Positions 19,164 through 27,681 of a DNA stretch of 64,000 bases are shown here, one piece after another (the stretch's first letter is position 1; each line of letters begins with the position of its first letter). Source of the stretch: Eubacteriales bacterium (GTDB lineage: Bacteria; Bacillota; Clostridia; Oscillospirales; CAG-272); contig JAZLLY010000019.1 of the NCBI GenBank assembly GCA_045598385.1, forward strand, positions 1,205 through 65,204, read 5' to 3'. The position numbers and the translations under genes were made by a program. The notes under the pieces are model-generated. The model made no database searches. It was not told the origin of the DNA and saw nothing but the letters and a program-made list of their open reading frames with translations.

Positions 19164-19248
19164 TGGTGGGGGAAGGTGGATTCGGACCACCGAAGTCAGT
19201 GACAACAGATTTACAGTCTGCCCCCTTTGGCCGCTCGGGAATTCCCCC
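19164..19248 (-). tRNA. tRNA-Tyr (anticodon GTA), CCA encoded, long variable arm
   Basis: Reverse complement is GGGGGAATTCCCGAGCGGCCAAAGGGGGCAGACTGTAAATCTGTTGTCACTGACTTCGGTGGTCCGAATCCACCTTCCCCCACCA. The cloverleaf was folded by hand. Confidence 0.9.
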
Positions 19249-19579
19249 GTATAATCTTTCGAGCAGGCGTAGTATATCATATTTACGGACGCTTGTCAAG
19301 ATGATTTTGAAAAAAATAGAAAAACTTTTCCTCGCTTCCGGCGTTTTTTCGGTTTTCCCTCTCTTTCGCCTCGGATGAATGAGAAAGTCCGAAAAGGCGA
19401 GCAAAAAGACCGGAAAGCGGCGACGGCGCCGCAAAATCGCATCCCTCTCTTTTTCTTCCGTAAATCGACGAAAGGAAAAGTGCCGCACGGCTCTTTGTAC
19501 GATTTGTACAACTTTTGTTGTCAAAATGCCCAAATCAATCTTCTTTTTTTGGGTATTTTGTCGGAAAATAAAAAAAGTC

Positions 19580-19608
19580 TTGCTTTCGCGCGCGCAAGCG
19601 TTTATAAT
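19580..19608 (+). promoter_or_regulatory. Sigma-A-type promoter (TTGCTT-17-TATAAT) upstream of the membrane-protein/M20 operon
   Basis: Hexamers at 19580-19585 and 19603-19608 with a 17-nt spacer. Confidence 0.5.
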
Positions 19609-19656
19609 AATTTTATATTCAAATATGAATAAATCTTTAATCAAAGGAGAACTCTT

Positions 19657-20391
19657 ATGCCATTCAGTGTTGACGCACCGATACTGTACGTCCTCGTCAG
19701 TATCATTATCGCCGTCGTCCTTGCACAGTCGGCATTCTTCATGATCCGTGCCATCCGCCGTGCAAAGGCGATCAACATGGATCCCGCGGTCCTGAAAAAA
19801 ACCATCATTTCAGCCGCTATCTTTACCATCGCACCCGCCGTTGCCATTCTGGTCGGTGTCGTGACGCTTTCCAAATCGCTCGGCGTCGCCATCCCCTGGC
19901 TCCGTCTGTCGGTCATCGGTTCTCTGACCTATGAAACGACCGCCGCGGAACGTGCGCTTTCCCCGCTCGGACTCGATTTGAGCACCACCGTCACCGATCC
20001 CTCCGCTTTTGTGACCGTTCTTTGGGTCATGACGCTCGGTATCGCGCTCGGTCTTATTTTGATCCCGCTTCTGACCGAAAAAATTCAGAAAGGCGTCATC
20101 GACATCGAGAAAAAAGACAAAAAATGGATGGATGTCCTCAGCAACTCGCTGTTCCTCGGTATGATCTCCGCTTTCCTCGGCTTCGTGTTCTGTGACGTCA
20201 CGAGCCCCTCCCGCGGAACCTTCGAGGGCTTCGTCCCCGTCTGCGTCATGCTCGTCTCCGCCATCATCATGGTCGTCCTCGGCTCTATCGCCAAAAAGAC
20301 GAAAGCCCGCTGGATCACCGATTACGCCGTTCCGATCAGTCTGATCGCCGGCATGGCGAGCGCCATTCCTTTCACGAATTGGTTTGTCTGA
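19657..20391 (+). CDS. Polytopic membrane protein (I recall this as DUF5058-like; unverified)
   Basis: 244-aa hydrophobic ORF with AAGGAG RBS. First gene of a tightly spaced three-gene operon. Confidence 0.6.
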   Translation: MPFSVDAPILYVLVSIIIAVVLAQSAFFMIRAIRRAKAINMDPAVLKKTIISAAIFTIAPAVAILVGVVTLSKSLGVAIPWLRLSVIGSLTYETTAAERALSPLGLDLSTTVTDPSAFVTVLWVMTLGIALGLILIPLLTEKIQKGVIDIEKKDKKWMDVLSNSLFLGMISAFLGFVFCDVTSPSRGTFEGFVPVCVMLVSAIIMVVLGSIAKKTKARWITDYAVPISLIAGMASAIPFTNWFV

Positions 20392-20408
20392 TAAGGAGGT
20401 AACGGAAA

Positions 20409-21122
20409 ATGAGTGAAAATGAAATCGTAACCGAAAACGGCCGCGAAGAATATCTCGCGAACGTACATAAATACGGCAGAATCTGGGGTTGGGGACTGTT
20501 CGGCGTTCTTCTCGTTTTTCCTCTGCTCGTCTGTCTGATCTTCTCGGCGATCCCGAACTGGTCTGCTCTCGGACAAGGTCTTCTCGGCGTCCTTCCGCTC
20601 TTCTGGACGGTCGGAACGATCGAGGTCTTCACCTACGTGCCGATGCTCGGCGCCGGTGCTTCTTACCTGTCTTTCGTCACGGGTAATATCTCGAACCTCA
20701 AACTTCCCTGCGCGCTCGACGCCATGGAAAAAGCCAATGTGAAACCCACCTCGGAAGAGGGCGAACTGATCTCCACGATCTCGATCGCCGTTTCCTCTAT
20801 CGTGACGACCTTTATCCTGATTCTCGGCGTCATCATGATCGGATTCCTCCAGCCCGTTCTTGAATCTCCCGTTCTGACTCCCTGCTTCCAGCAGGTGCTT
20901 CCCGCCCTGTTCGGCGGACTCGGCGTCGTGTTCATCTCGAAGAACCCGAAGATCGCCGCCGCTCCCATGGCGTTCATGCTCCTGTTCTTCATCGTCGTTT
21001 CTCCCCTGATCTATCCCGATGACGTTTCCGCCAGAAGCGGTCTTGTCAGCGTGCTGATTCCTCTCGGCGTCGTGATCTCCGTCGTCGTCGCAAGACTCCT
21101 TTACAAGAAAGGGAAACTCTGA
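20409..21122 (+). CDS. Polytopic membrane protein, unknown family
   Basis: 237-aa ORF with about 6 hydrophobic segments and AAGGAGG RBS. Confidence 0.6.
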   Translation: MSENEIVTENGREEYLANVHKYGRIWGWGLFGVLLVFPLLVCLIFSAIPNWSALGQGLLGVLPLFWTVGTIEVFTYVPMLGAGASYLSFVTGNISNLKLPCALDAMEKANVKPTSEEGELISTISIAVSSIVTTFILILGVIMIGFLQPVLESPVLTPCFQQVLPALFGGLGVVFISKNPKIAAAPMAFMLLFFIVVSPLIYPDDVSARSGLVSVLIPLGVVISVVVARLLYKKGKL

Positions 21123-21123
21123 T

Positions 21124-22572
21124 ATGGGAACCGGTGCTATTATAGGTCTTTCGATCCTCGGGCTTTTCCTGGTCTTTATCGGCGTGATCCTCGTGAGAAC
21201 GCTTCGATTCAAGCCGAAAGCGGACGTGCCCGTCCTCGATAACGAGGAATCTTTTGATAAGGAAGCGGCAGTCCACGCCCTTTCCGAACTCATCAAGTGC
21301 CGCACCGTCTCGAACGAGGATCCCGCTCTCGAAGACGACGCGGAATTCGAGAAGCTTATCGCAAAACTCCCGAAACTGTATCCGAACGTTTTTGAAAAAT
21401 GCACCTTTACGCGGCTGGACGGGCGCGCGCTGCTCTTCCGCCTCGAGGGCAAAAAGCACGACGAACCCACCGTCCTGATGGCGCATTACGACGTCGTCGC
21501 CGTGGACGAAGACAAGTGGGAAAATCCGCCGTTCTGCGGCGAGATCATCGACGGCGTTCTCTGGGGACGCGGCGCGCTCGACACGAAAGTCACCTTCAAC
21601 GGCGCGTTGTTCTCGGTCAACCACCTGCTCGGCGAGGGCTTTGTCCCCGAAAACGACATTTATCTCGCTTTCTCGGGCGGTGAGGAGATCAACGGTCCCG
21701 GCGCCGGTTATATCGTCGATTATTTCAAGAAGAACGGCATCACGCCCGCGCTCGTCTTGGACGAAGGCGGCGCCGTCGTCACCGATATTTTCCCGGGTGT
21801 CAAAGAGTCCTGCGGTCTGATCGGTATCGCCGAAAAAGGTATGATGAACGTGGCGTACCACATGGATTCCGCCGGCGGACACGCTTCCGCGCCGAAACCG
21901 CATACCCCCGTCGGTATGCTCTCGCAGGTCTGCTGCGACGTGGAAAACCATCCGTTCCGTTTTCAGATCACGAAGCCCGCGAAAGAGATGTTCGACACGC
22001 TCGGACGCCGTTCGACCTTCGTTTTCCGCATGATCTTCGCCAATCTCTGGCTCTTCCGCCCCGTCCTCGATATGATCACGAAAAAATCGGGCGGCGAGCT
22101 GAACGCCATTATGAGAACGACCGTCGCCTTTACGCAGATGAACGGCAGTAAACAGCCGAACGTCATTCCGCCCACCGCTTCGATGGTATCGAACATCCGT
22201 CTGAACCCGCTCGACACGGTGGAAAGCGCCGAGGCATACCTCAAAAAGATCATCAAGAACAAAGACGTCCGCCTCGAAGTCCTCCTCGGCGAAAATCCGA
22301 GCCCGATCTCCGAGACCGACTGTCCCGCCTGGAACAAGGTGGCGACCGCGGTCGCATCGACCTGGCGCGGCTGTATTGTTTCTCCGTACCTGATGGTGCA
22401 ATGCTCCGATTCCCGCCATTACGGCGATATCTCGAATCACGTTTACCGCTTCTCCGCGATGGACCTGACGAAAGAAGAGCGTGCGACCATTCACGGGAAT
22501 AACGAGAGAATACGGCTGGAGACGCTTTATCACTCTGTGGAGTTCTATATCCGTCTCGTTCGCCAGTGCTGA
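21124..22572 (+). CDS. M20/M25/M40 family metallopeptidase with N-terminal membrane anchor
   Basis: LMAHYDVV, GRGALDTK, SGGEE and LDEGG motifs of the M20 family. Start lies 1 nt after the preceding stop. Confidence 0.85.
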   Translation: MGTGAIIGLSILGLFLVFIGVILVRTLRFKPKADVPVLDNEESFDKEAAVHALSELIKCRTVSNEDPALEDDAEFEKLIAKLPKLYPNVFEKCTFTRLDGRALLFRLEGKKHDEPTVLMAHYDVVAVDEDKWENPPFCGEIIDGVLWGRGALDTKVTFNGALFSVNHLLGEGFVPENDIYLAFSGGEEINGPGAGYIVDYFKKNGITPALVLDEGGAVVTDIFPGVKESCGLIGIAEKGMMNVAYHMDSAGGHASAPKPHTPVGMLSQVCCDVENHPFRFQITKPAKEMFDTLGRRSTFVFRMIFANLWLFRPVLDMITKKSGGELNAIMRTTVAFTQMNGSKQPNVIPPTASMVSNIRLNPLDTVESAEAYLKKIIKNKDVRLEVLLGENPSPISETDCPAWNKVATAVASTWRGCIVSPYLMVQCSDSRHYGDISNHVYRFSAMDLTKEERATIHGNNERIRLETLYHSVEFYIRLVRQC

Positions 22573-22581
22573 TTTAGAGAT

Positions 22582-22966
22582 GTGAAAAAAGCGCAGACCG
22601 AAAAGGGAAAGAGGGTATTTATCCTTCTTTCCCTATTTTTGTGCCTTTCTTGCGCCAATACCCCTTATCTGAGGTAGAAATCCTTGCGGATTTCCTTTAT
22701 ATTATTTTCCCTTTTCTACCGCCGAAAAGCGCTCTTGCCGTACACTTGTACGGCTCGCGGGCCGCTTTTCGACGCTTCTGCATCTCTTTTCCCTATCTCT
22801 ATTAGTCGGATAAAAACGGTCAGACCGAAAAGGGGAGAGGATATTTGTCCTTTCTCCTTTTTTCATTTTTCTTTCTTGCGCTAATACCCCTTATCTGAGG
22901 TAGAAATCCTTGCGGATTTCTTCTTTGTTTGATCCCCTTTTCTACCGCCGAAAAGCGCTCTTGCCT
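22582..22966 (+). repeat. Two ~226-bp direct repeats, each starting with a terminator cassette (CAGACCGAAAAGG + stem + T-run)
   Basis: CAGACCGAAAAGG at 22594 and 22821. TTCTTGCGCYAATACCCCTTATCTGAGGTAGAAATCCTTGCGGATTTC at 22648 and 22874. TTTTCTACCGCCGAAAAGCGCTCTTGCC at 22712 and 22938. Confidence 0.8.
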
Positions 22967-23153
22967 CGCCGCTCGCGGCGAACGATGCGTTTCACTGCGC
23001 GAAACGTGATGTGCACTTCGTGCGTGATATACACCTATGGCGAGTGATGTGCCTGCGGGCGACGGGGAACGCATCTCATAACTTTGCGGCAAAGCCGCAA
23101 ATCATAACTGTACCGTAGGTATATCATAACTTGCCGAGCGGGCAATCATAACT
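22967..23153 (-). repeat. Hairpin/linker array, diverged copy (copy 4)
   Basis: CGCCG-CTCG-CGGCG, AACGATGCGTTTC-ACTGCGC-GAAAC, GTGATG-linked hairpins, GGAACGCATC, then three ATCATAACT-linked hairpins. Confidence 0.8.
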
Positions 23154-23159
23154 GATATT

Positions 23160-23530
23160 TGTTCTGCGCAAAAAGCGCACATTTTCCCCCATTTTTCTTC
23201 CAAAACCAACCACACACCCATTCTTTTCCGAAAACGGGATGATTTTTGATGCAGATTCGCCGAGCTTCGCCCGAAGGCGTATATTCATACGTCGAGCGGC
23301 GAAGACCGACGAAAAAAGAGCCGGTGAAAGTCCGGCTCTTTGTTCTGCGCAAAAAGCGCACGTTTTCCCGAAAACGGATTGGATTTTGATGCAGATTCGC
23401 CGAGCTTCGCCCGAAGGCGTATATTCATACGTCGAGCGGCGAAGACCGACGAAAAAAGAGCCGGGGAAAGTCCGGCTCTTTGGTCTGCGCAAAAAGCGCG
23501 CGTTTTCAAGCGCAAAAGCGCACGTTTTCA
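23160..23530 (-). repeat. Tandem ~140-bp structured module (2 full copies plus a partial one) 3' of pyk, each ending in an intrinsic terminator on the minus strand
   Basis: TTGATGCAGATTCGCCGAGCTTCGCCCGAAGGCG...AGAGCCGG-loop-CCGGCTCT at 23246 and 23386. TTCTGCGCAAAAAGCGCAC at 23162 and 23343, with a GTCTGCGC variant at 23483. Confidence 0.8.
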
Positions 23531-24946
23531 CTATATAATCGTTTCGATACGCAAAGTATCCGTCGTCCCCGACTTCCCCGTCACAGTCCCGCCCGTGATA
23601 ATGATATTGTCACCGGGGCGAAGCGAGAGGCGATCTCTTGCGAGATCCTTCGCGTGCGAGAAAAGAAGATTCAGATCCGTTTCCTCTTTGGCGAGGACGG
23701 GAATGACGCCCCAGGAGAGCGCGAGCTTCCGGCAATTCTTTTCGTTGACGCAAACGCCGAGGATATCGACGGGCGGACGGAAACGCGAGACCATTCTTGC
23801 GGTCATACCCGACATGGAGCAGACGGCGATGGCTTTCGCGTTCAGGTCGATGGCGAGGGCACACGCGGAATGGGAAAGCGCGTCGAGATTGTTCCGGATC
23901 TCGTATTCGGTGGCGTAAAAACGCTTCTTGTAATGGATATTCTCTTCGGTCTTCAGGACGATCTTCGCCATCGTTTCGGCGGTCAGGACGGGATGCTCGC
24001 CCGCGGCGGTCTCGCCCGAAAGCATCACGGCACTCGTGCCGTCGTACACCGCGTTCGCCACGTCGGAGATCTCCGCACGGGTCGGGCGCGTGTTGTGGAT
24101 CATGGATTCCAGCATCTCGGTGGCGGTGATGACGCGTTTTCCGAGCATACGGCATTTCGTGATGAGTTTTTTCTGAATGCCCGGCAGTTCCTCAAACGGG
24201 ATCTCGACGCCCATATCGCCTCTGCCGATCATAATGCCGTCGCAGGCACCGCAGATCGACTCGATATTATCGACGCCGGACTGGTTCTCGATCTTGGCGA
24301 TCAGAGAGATCGACTCGCCGCCGTTTTCGTGAAGAAAATCGCGGATCTTGCAGATGTCTTCTTTCGTGGAAACGAAAGAGCAGGCGACGTAATCGACGTC
24401 CTGCGCGATACCGAAAAGCAGATCCTCTTTGTCCTTTTCGCTCAAAAACTCCTGCTTCAGGACTTTGCCGGGGAAACTCATGCTCTTACGGTTTGAGATC
24501 ACGCCGTCGGTCGTGACGGTCGTGACAACGTCGCCGCCCCGGATCTCCCTGACGGTGAACGACAAAAGCCCGTTGTTGACGAGGACGGTGTCCCCGGGAA
24601 CGAGGTCCTTCGCCAGATCCTTATAGCTGACCGAGACGCGCTCTTTCGTACCGAGGATCTCCTCCGGCGTAAAGGTGAAAGTATCTCCCGCCGTCAGCTG
24701 TGCTTTCCCGTTTTCAAACATACCGATACGGTATTCGGGACCTTTCGTGTCCAGCATGATCGCGACGGGAACGCCGAGTTTTTTCCGGACGTTCTTGACG
24801 GCGTCCATCCGCGCCTTATGTTCGTCATAGGTACCGTGCGAGAAATTGAAACGGGCGACGTTCATTCCCGCCCGCATCAGTCCTTCGAGCGTTTTTTCGT
24901 CTCCCGACGCCGGTCCGATGGTACAGATGATCTTGGTTTTACGCAT
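23531..24946 (-). CDS. pyk: Pyruvate kinase
   Basis: 471-aa ORF with MRKTKIICTIGPA, NFSHG, MLDTKGPE and MVARGDLG-like GRGDMGVEIP motifs. Confidence 0.95.
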   Translation of the reverse strand: MRKTKIICTIGPASGDEKTLEGLMRAGMNVARFNFSHGTYDEHKARMDAVKNVRKKLGVPVAIMLDTKGPEYRIGMFENGKAQLTAGDTFTFTPEEILGTKERVSVSYKDLAKDLVPGDTVLVNNGLLSFTVREIRGGDVVTTVTTDGVISNRKSMSFPGKVLKQEFLSEKDKEDLLFGIAQDVDYVACSFVSTKEDICKIRDFLHENGGESISLIAKIENQSGVDNIESICGACDGIMIGRGDMGVEIPFEELPGIQKKLITKCRMLGKRVITATEMLESMIHNTRPTRAEISDVANAVYDGTSAVMLSGETAAGEHPVLTAETMAKIVLKTEENIHYKKRFYATEYEIRNNLDALSHSACALAIDLNAKAIAVCSMSGMTARMVSRFRPPVDILGVCVNEKNCRKLALSWGVIPVLAKEETDLNLLFSHAKDLARDRLSLRPGDNIIITGGTVTGKSGTTDTLRIETII

Positions 24947-25057
24947 TTTTCTATCTCTCCGGGTGTTTTGATACGTTTTCTTACAGTATAGCAGAAAAAG
25001 CCGACGGAGTCAATCCGCAATTCCGACAAAAAACCGGATCCGCAAAAGCAATTTCGG

Positions 25058-25086
25058 TTGACTTTTCCGTCTTTTTCCCTTATAAT
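25058..25086 (+). promoter_or_regulatory. Sigma-A-type promoter (TTGACT-17-TATAAT) for the GH2 gene
   Basis: Hexamers at 25058-25063 and 25081-25086. Confidence 0.55.
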
Positions 25087-25121
25087 ATTGTATCATATAA
25101 AAGACGCACGGAGGATTTTTT

Positions 25122-27572
25122 ATGCTTCTGAACGGACAATGGACGCTTTTTGGCAAGGACCGCGGCGGTGCCGACTTTCGCGTGGCAGGAACCGTTCCCG
25201 GCTGCGTTCATACCGATCTTCTGAAAGCGGGGATGATACCCGACCCGTTTTACCGCGACAACGCCGATCTCTGTCAATGGATCGAGAACGGGGACTTCAC
25301 CTACGAGAGGACCTTTACCCTCGAAGAAGTCGAAGAAAATACCTTTATCGAATTCGACGGGCTCGATACCTACGCCGACGTTTTCGTCAACGGCGAGAAG
25401 ATCGGGCACAGCGAAAATATGTTTATCCCCTGTGCTTTTTCCGCGGGGAACACTCTGAAGACGGGCGAAAACACGCTGACGGTGAAGTTTTTTTCTCCCA
25501 TCCGTGCCGTCGCCGACAAGCCGCAGAGAAAAGCCGCTTTCACGTGGGAACGCCTCTACACCCGCCGTCTGCAATGCACCTACGGCTGGGACTGGGTGGC
25601 GCGGTTCGTCACGATGGGCATTTTCCGCGACGTGCGCCTCTCTGCGCATAAGCCGAACACCGTCCGTCATCCCTTCGTCTTCACAAAAGATCTCGTCACC
25701 GTCGGCGGCACGACCGTCGCGGCACAGGTCGGCGTCGAAATCGACTTCCGCGATTTTTCCGACTGTAACGACACCGTCAGAATCACGCTGATATCGCCGG
25801 ACGGCAAGATCCTATCGGAAAAAGTCCGCACGATCCTCGAGCCGACGATGACACAAACGCTGAACGTGAAAGATCCCGCCCTCTGGTATCCCGTCGGGTA
25901 CGGAGAGCATCCGCTCTATACCCTGGAACTCGAGACGCCGGCAGGCAAAAATACGACCGTCTTCGGCATCCGCAAACTCGTGATCTTACAGCTTCCCGAC
26001 GAAAATGGCGGGAAATATCAGAAACTCTGCCGCGAACTGCAAAAGACGGAGCATCTTTCCGACCGTGATTACAACGAGGTGACCTCCGGCTTCACCGTCT
26101 TCGTCAACGACGTGCCGATCTATTGCCGCGGCGCCGACTGGGTGCCCGCCTCGCCGTTCCCCTCCGAGGAATCGGACGAAAAGATCGAAAGACTCCTCGA
26201 CCTCGCCGTCGCCGGCAATATGAATATGCTCCGCGTCTGGGGCGGCGGACTTTTCGAGAAAGAATCCTTTTACGCCGGATGTGACAAGCGCGGCATTCTC
26301 CTTTCACAGGACTTTCTCATGGCGTGCGGAAACTACCCCGACGACGATCCCGCTTTCGTCGAAGAACAGGGAAAAGAGGCAGAAGCCGCCGCGCTCGCCC
26401 TGCGCAATCATCCGTCGATCGCCTTTTACTGCGGCGACAACGAAAACGCCGTCCACGGCGACGAGAACCGAAACGATTTTTCCGGCTACCGTGCGACGGT
26501 CAGGGGACTCGCCCCGGTCCTGCGGCGGCTGGATCCCACCCGCGATTTTTTGCCCTCTTCCCCTTACGGCGGCAAAAAATACAGCAGTGCCACGGTGGGA
26601 ACCACGCACGACACGAACTTTCTCGGCAAGATCTTCAAGCCGCTTGCGAACGGCGACGCCGACCGATACTACGATCTTTTGATGGAGTTTCTCTCCCGCT
26701 TCGAGGCGGAAGAACCGACGCTCGGTATGCCTTTTGCCTCCTCGCTTCTGAAATTTCTGACGGAAGAAGATATTTACGGCGAGGACACTTCCCTCTCCGA
26801 ATACCACACGAAGAACAATCCCGCGCTCGGTGCCGTGACGATCTACGGCTATATCGAGGGGATGGCGAAAAACCTCTTCGGTGACTTCAAAGACGGCGCC
26901 GACCGCCTGATCAAAATGCAATGGCTCCAATGTGAATGGGTACGTCTGACGCTCGAAAATCACCGCCGCCACGCCGGGTTCAATTCCGGCATCCTCTACT
27001 GGATGTACAACGACTGCTGGCCCGCCGCCAACAGCTGGTCTTTCGTCGATTACTACGCGATGCCGAAGCCGTCGTACTACGCGTTCGCCCGCGCCGCGAA
27101 GCCCATCATCGCCTCGATCGGCAAGAAAGACGGCGGCTGGGGCATCTACGTCTGCAACGCCGCGGCTTACACCGTCAAAGGAAAAATCACGGTTTCGGTC
27201 TATGACACCGTGTCGAAAAAGACCGTTAAGCTCAAGAGCGACACGTTCGTTTCCTTTGCCGCCGAGGCAAAAGAGATCCTCACGGTCGAAAGCGCCCGCG
27301 CCGACCTCGGAAATACGAAAGTTCTGATCGCCGATCTTTCCGCCTCGGACGGCAGTACCGACCGCGCGTTCTTTCTGCCCGCTTCCTACAAAACGATGGG
27401 CATTCTGCCCGCTTACCCCGCCGTTGAAAAGACAGAGGACGGCTACCGGCTCCATACCGACACGTTTCTGCCTTTCGCGCTCGCGGACACCGGAAAAGTG
27501 CTTTCCGACAACGCCGTTTTCCTGCTCCCGGGCGAAAGCGCCGTCGTAACGGAGGTTACGTCTTTTTCGTGA
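25122..27572 (+). CDS. Glycoside hydrolase family 2 beta-mannosidase
   Basis: N-terminus LNGQWTL...VPGCVHTDLLKAGMIPDPFYRDN...FDGLDTYADVFVNGEKIGHSENMF is typical of GH2 beta-mannosidases. 816 aa. GGAGG RBS. Confidence 0.85.
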   Translation: MLLNGQWTLFGKDRGGADFRVAGTVPGCVHTDLLKAGMIPDPFYRDNADLCQWIENGDFTYERTFTLEEVEENTFIEFDGLDTYADVFVNGEKIGHSENMFIPCAFSAGNTLKTGENTLTVKFFSPIRAVADKPQRKAAFTWERLYTRRLQCTYGWDWVARFVTMGIFRDVRLSAHKPNTVRHPFVFTKDLVTVGGTTVAAQVGVEIDFRDFSDCNDTVRITLISPDGKILSEKVRTILEPTMTQTLNVKDPALWYPVGYGEHPLYTLELETPAGKNTTVFGIRKLVILQLPDENGGKYQKLCRELQKTEHLSDRDYNEVTSGFTVFVNDVPIYCRGADWVPASPFPSEESDEKIERLLDLAVAGNMNMLRVWGGGLFEKESFYAGCDKRGILLSQDFLMACGNYPDDDPAFVEEQGKEAEAAALALRNHPSIAFYCGDNENAVHGDENRNDFSGYRATVRGLAPVLRRLDPTRDFLPSSPYGGKKYSSATVGTTHDTNFLGKIFKPLANGDADRYYDLLMEFLSRFEAEEPTLGMPFASSLLKFLTEEDIYGEDTSLSEYHTKNNPALGAVTIYGYIEGMAKNLFGDFKDGADRLIKMQWLQCEWVRLTLENHRRHAGFNSGILYWMYNDCWPAANSWSFVDYYAMPKPSYYAFARAAKPIIASIGKKDGGWGIYVCNAAAYTVKGKITVSVYDTVSKKTVKLKSDTFVSFAAEAKEILTVESARADLGNTKVLIADLSASDGSTDRAFFLPASYKTMGILPAYPAVEKTEDGYRLHTDTFLPFALADTGKVLSDNAVFLLPGESAVVTEVTSFS

Positions 27573-27590
27573 CGTTTTTTCGCTTTTCTC

Positions 27591-27619
27591 TTGACAAGAG
27601 TGCCGTGATCCGCTAAAAT
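27591..27619 (+). promoter_or_regulatory. Sigma-A-type promoter (TTGACA-17-TAAAAT) for prsW
   Basis: Hexamers at 27591-27596 and 27614-27619. Confidence 0.5.
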
Positions 27620-27681
27620 AAAAATAAAGTAGTATAAGGGGATTTGTGCCCGATTATCATTTTCGGGGAGGAGGTTTTCGC

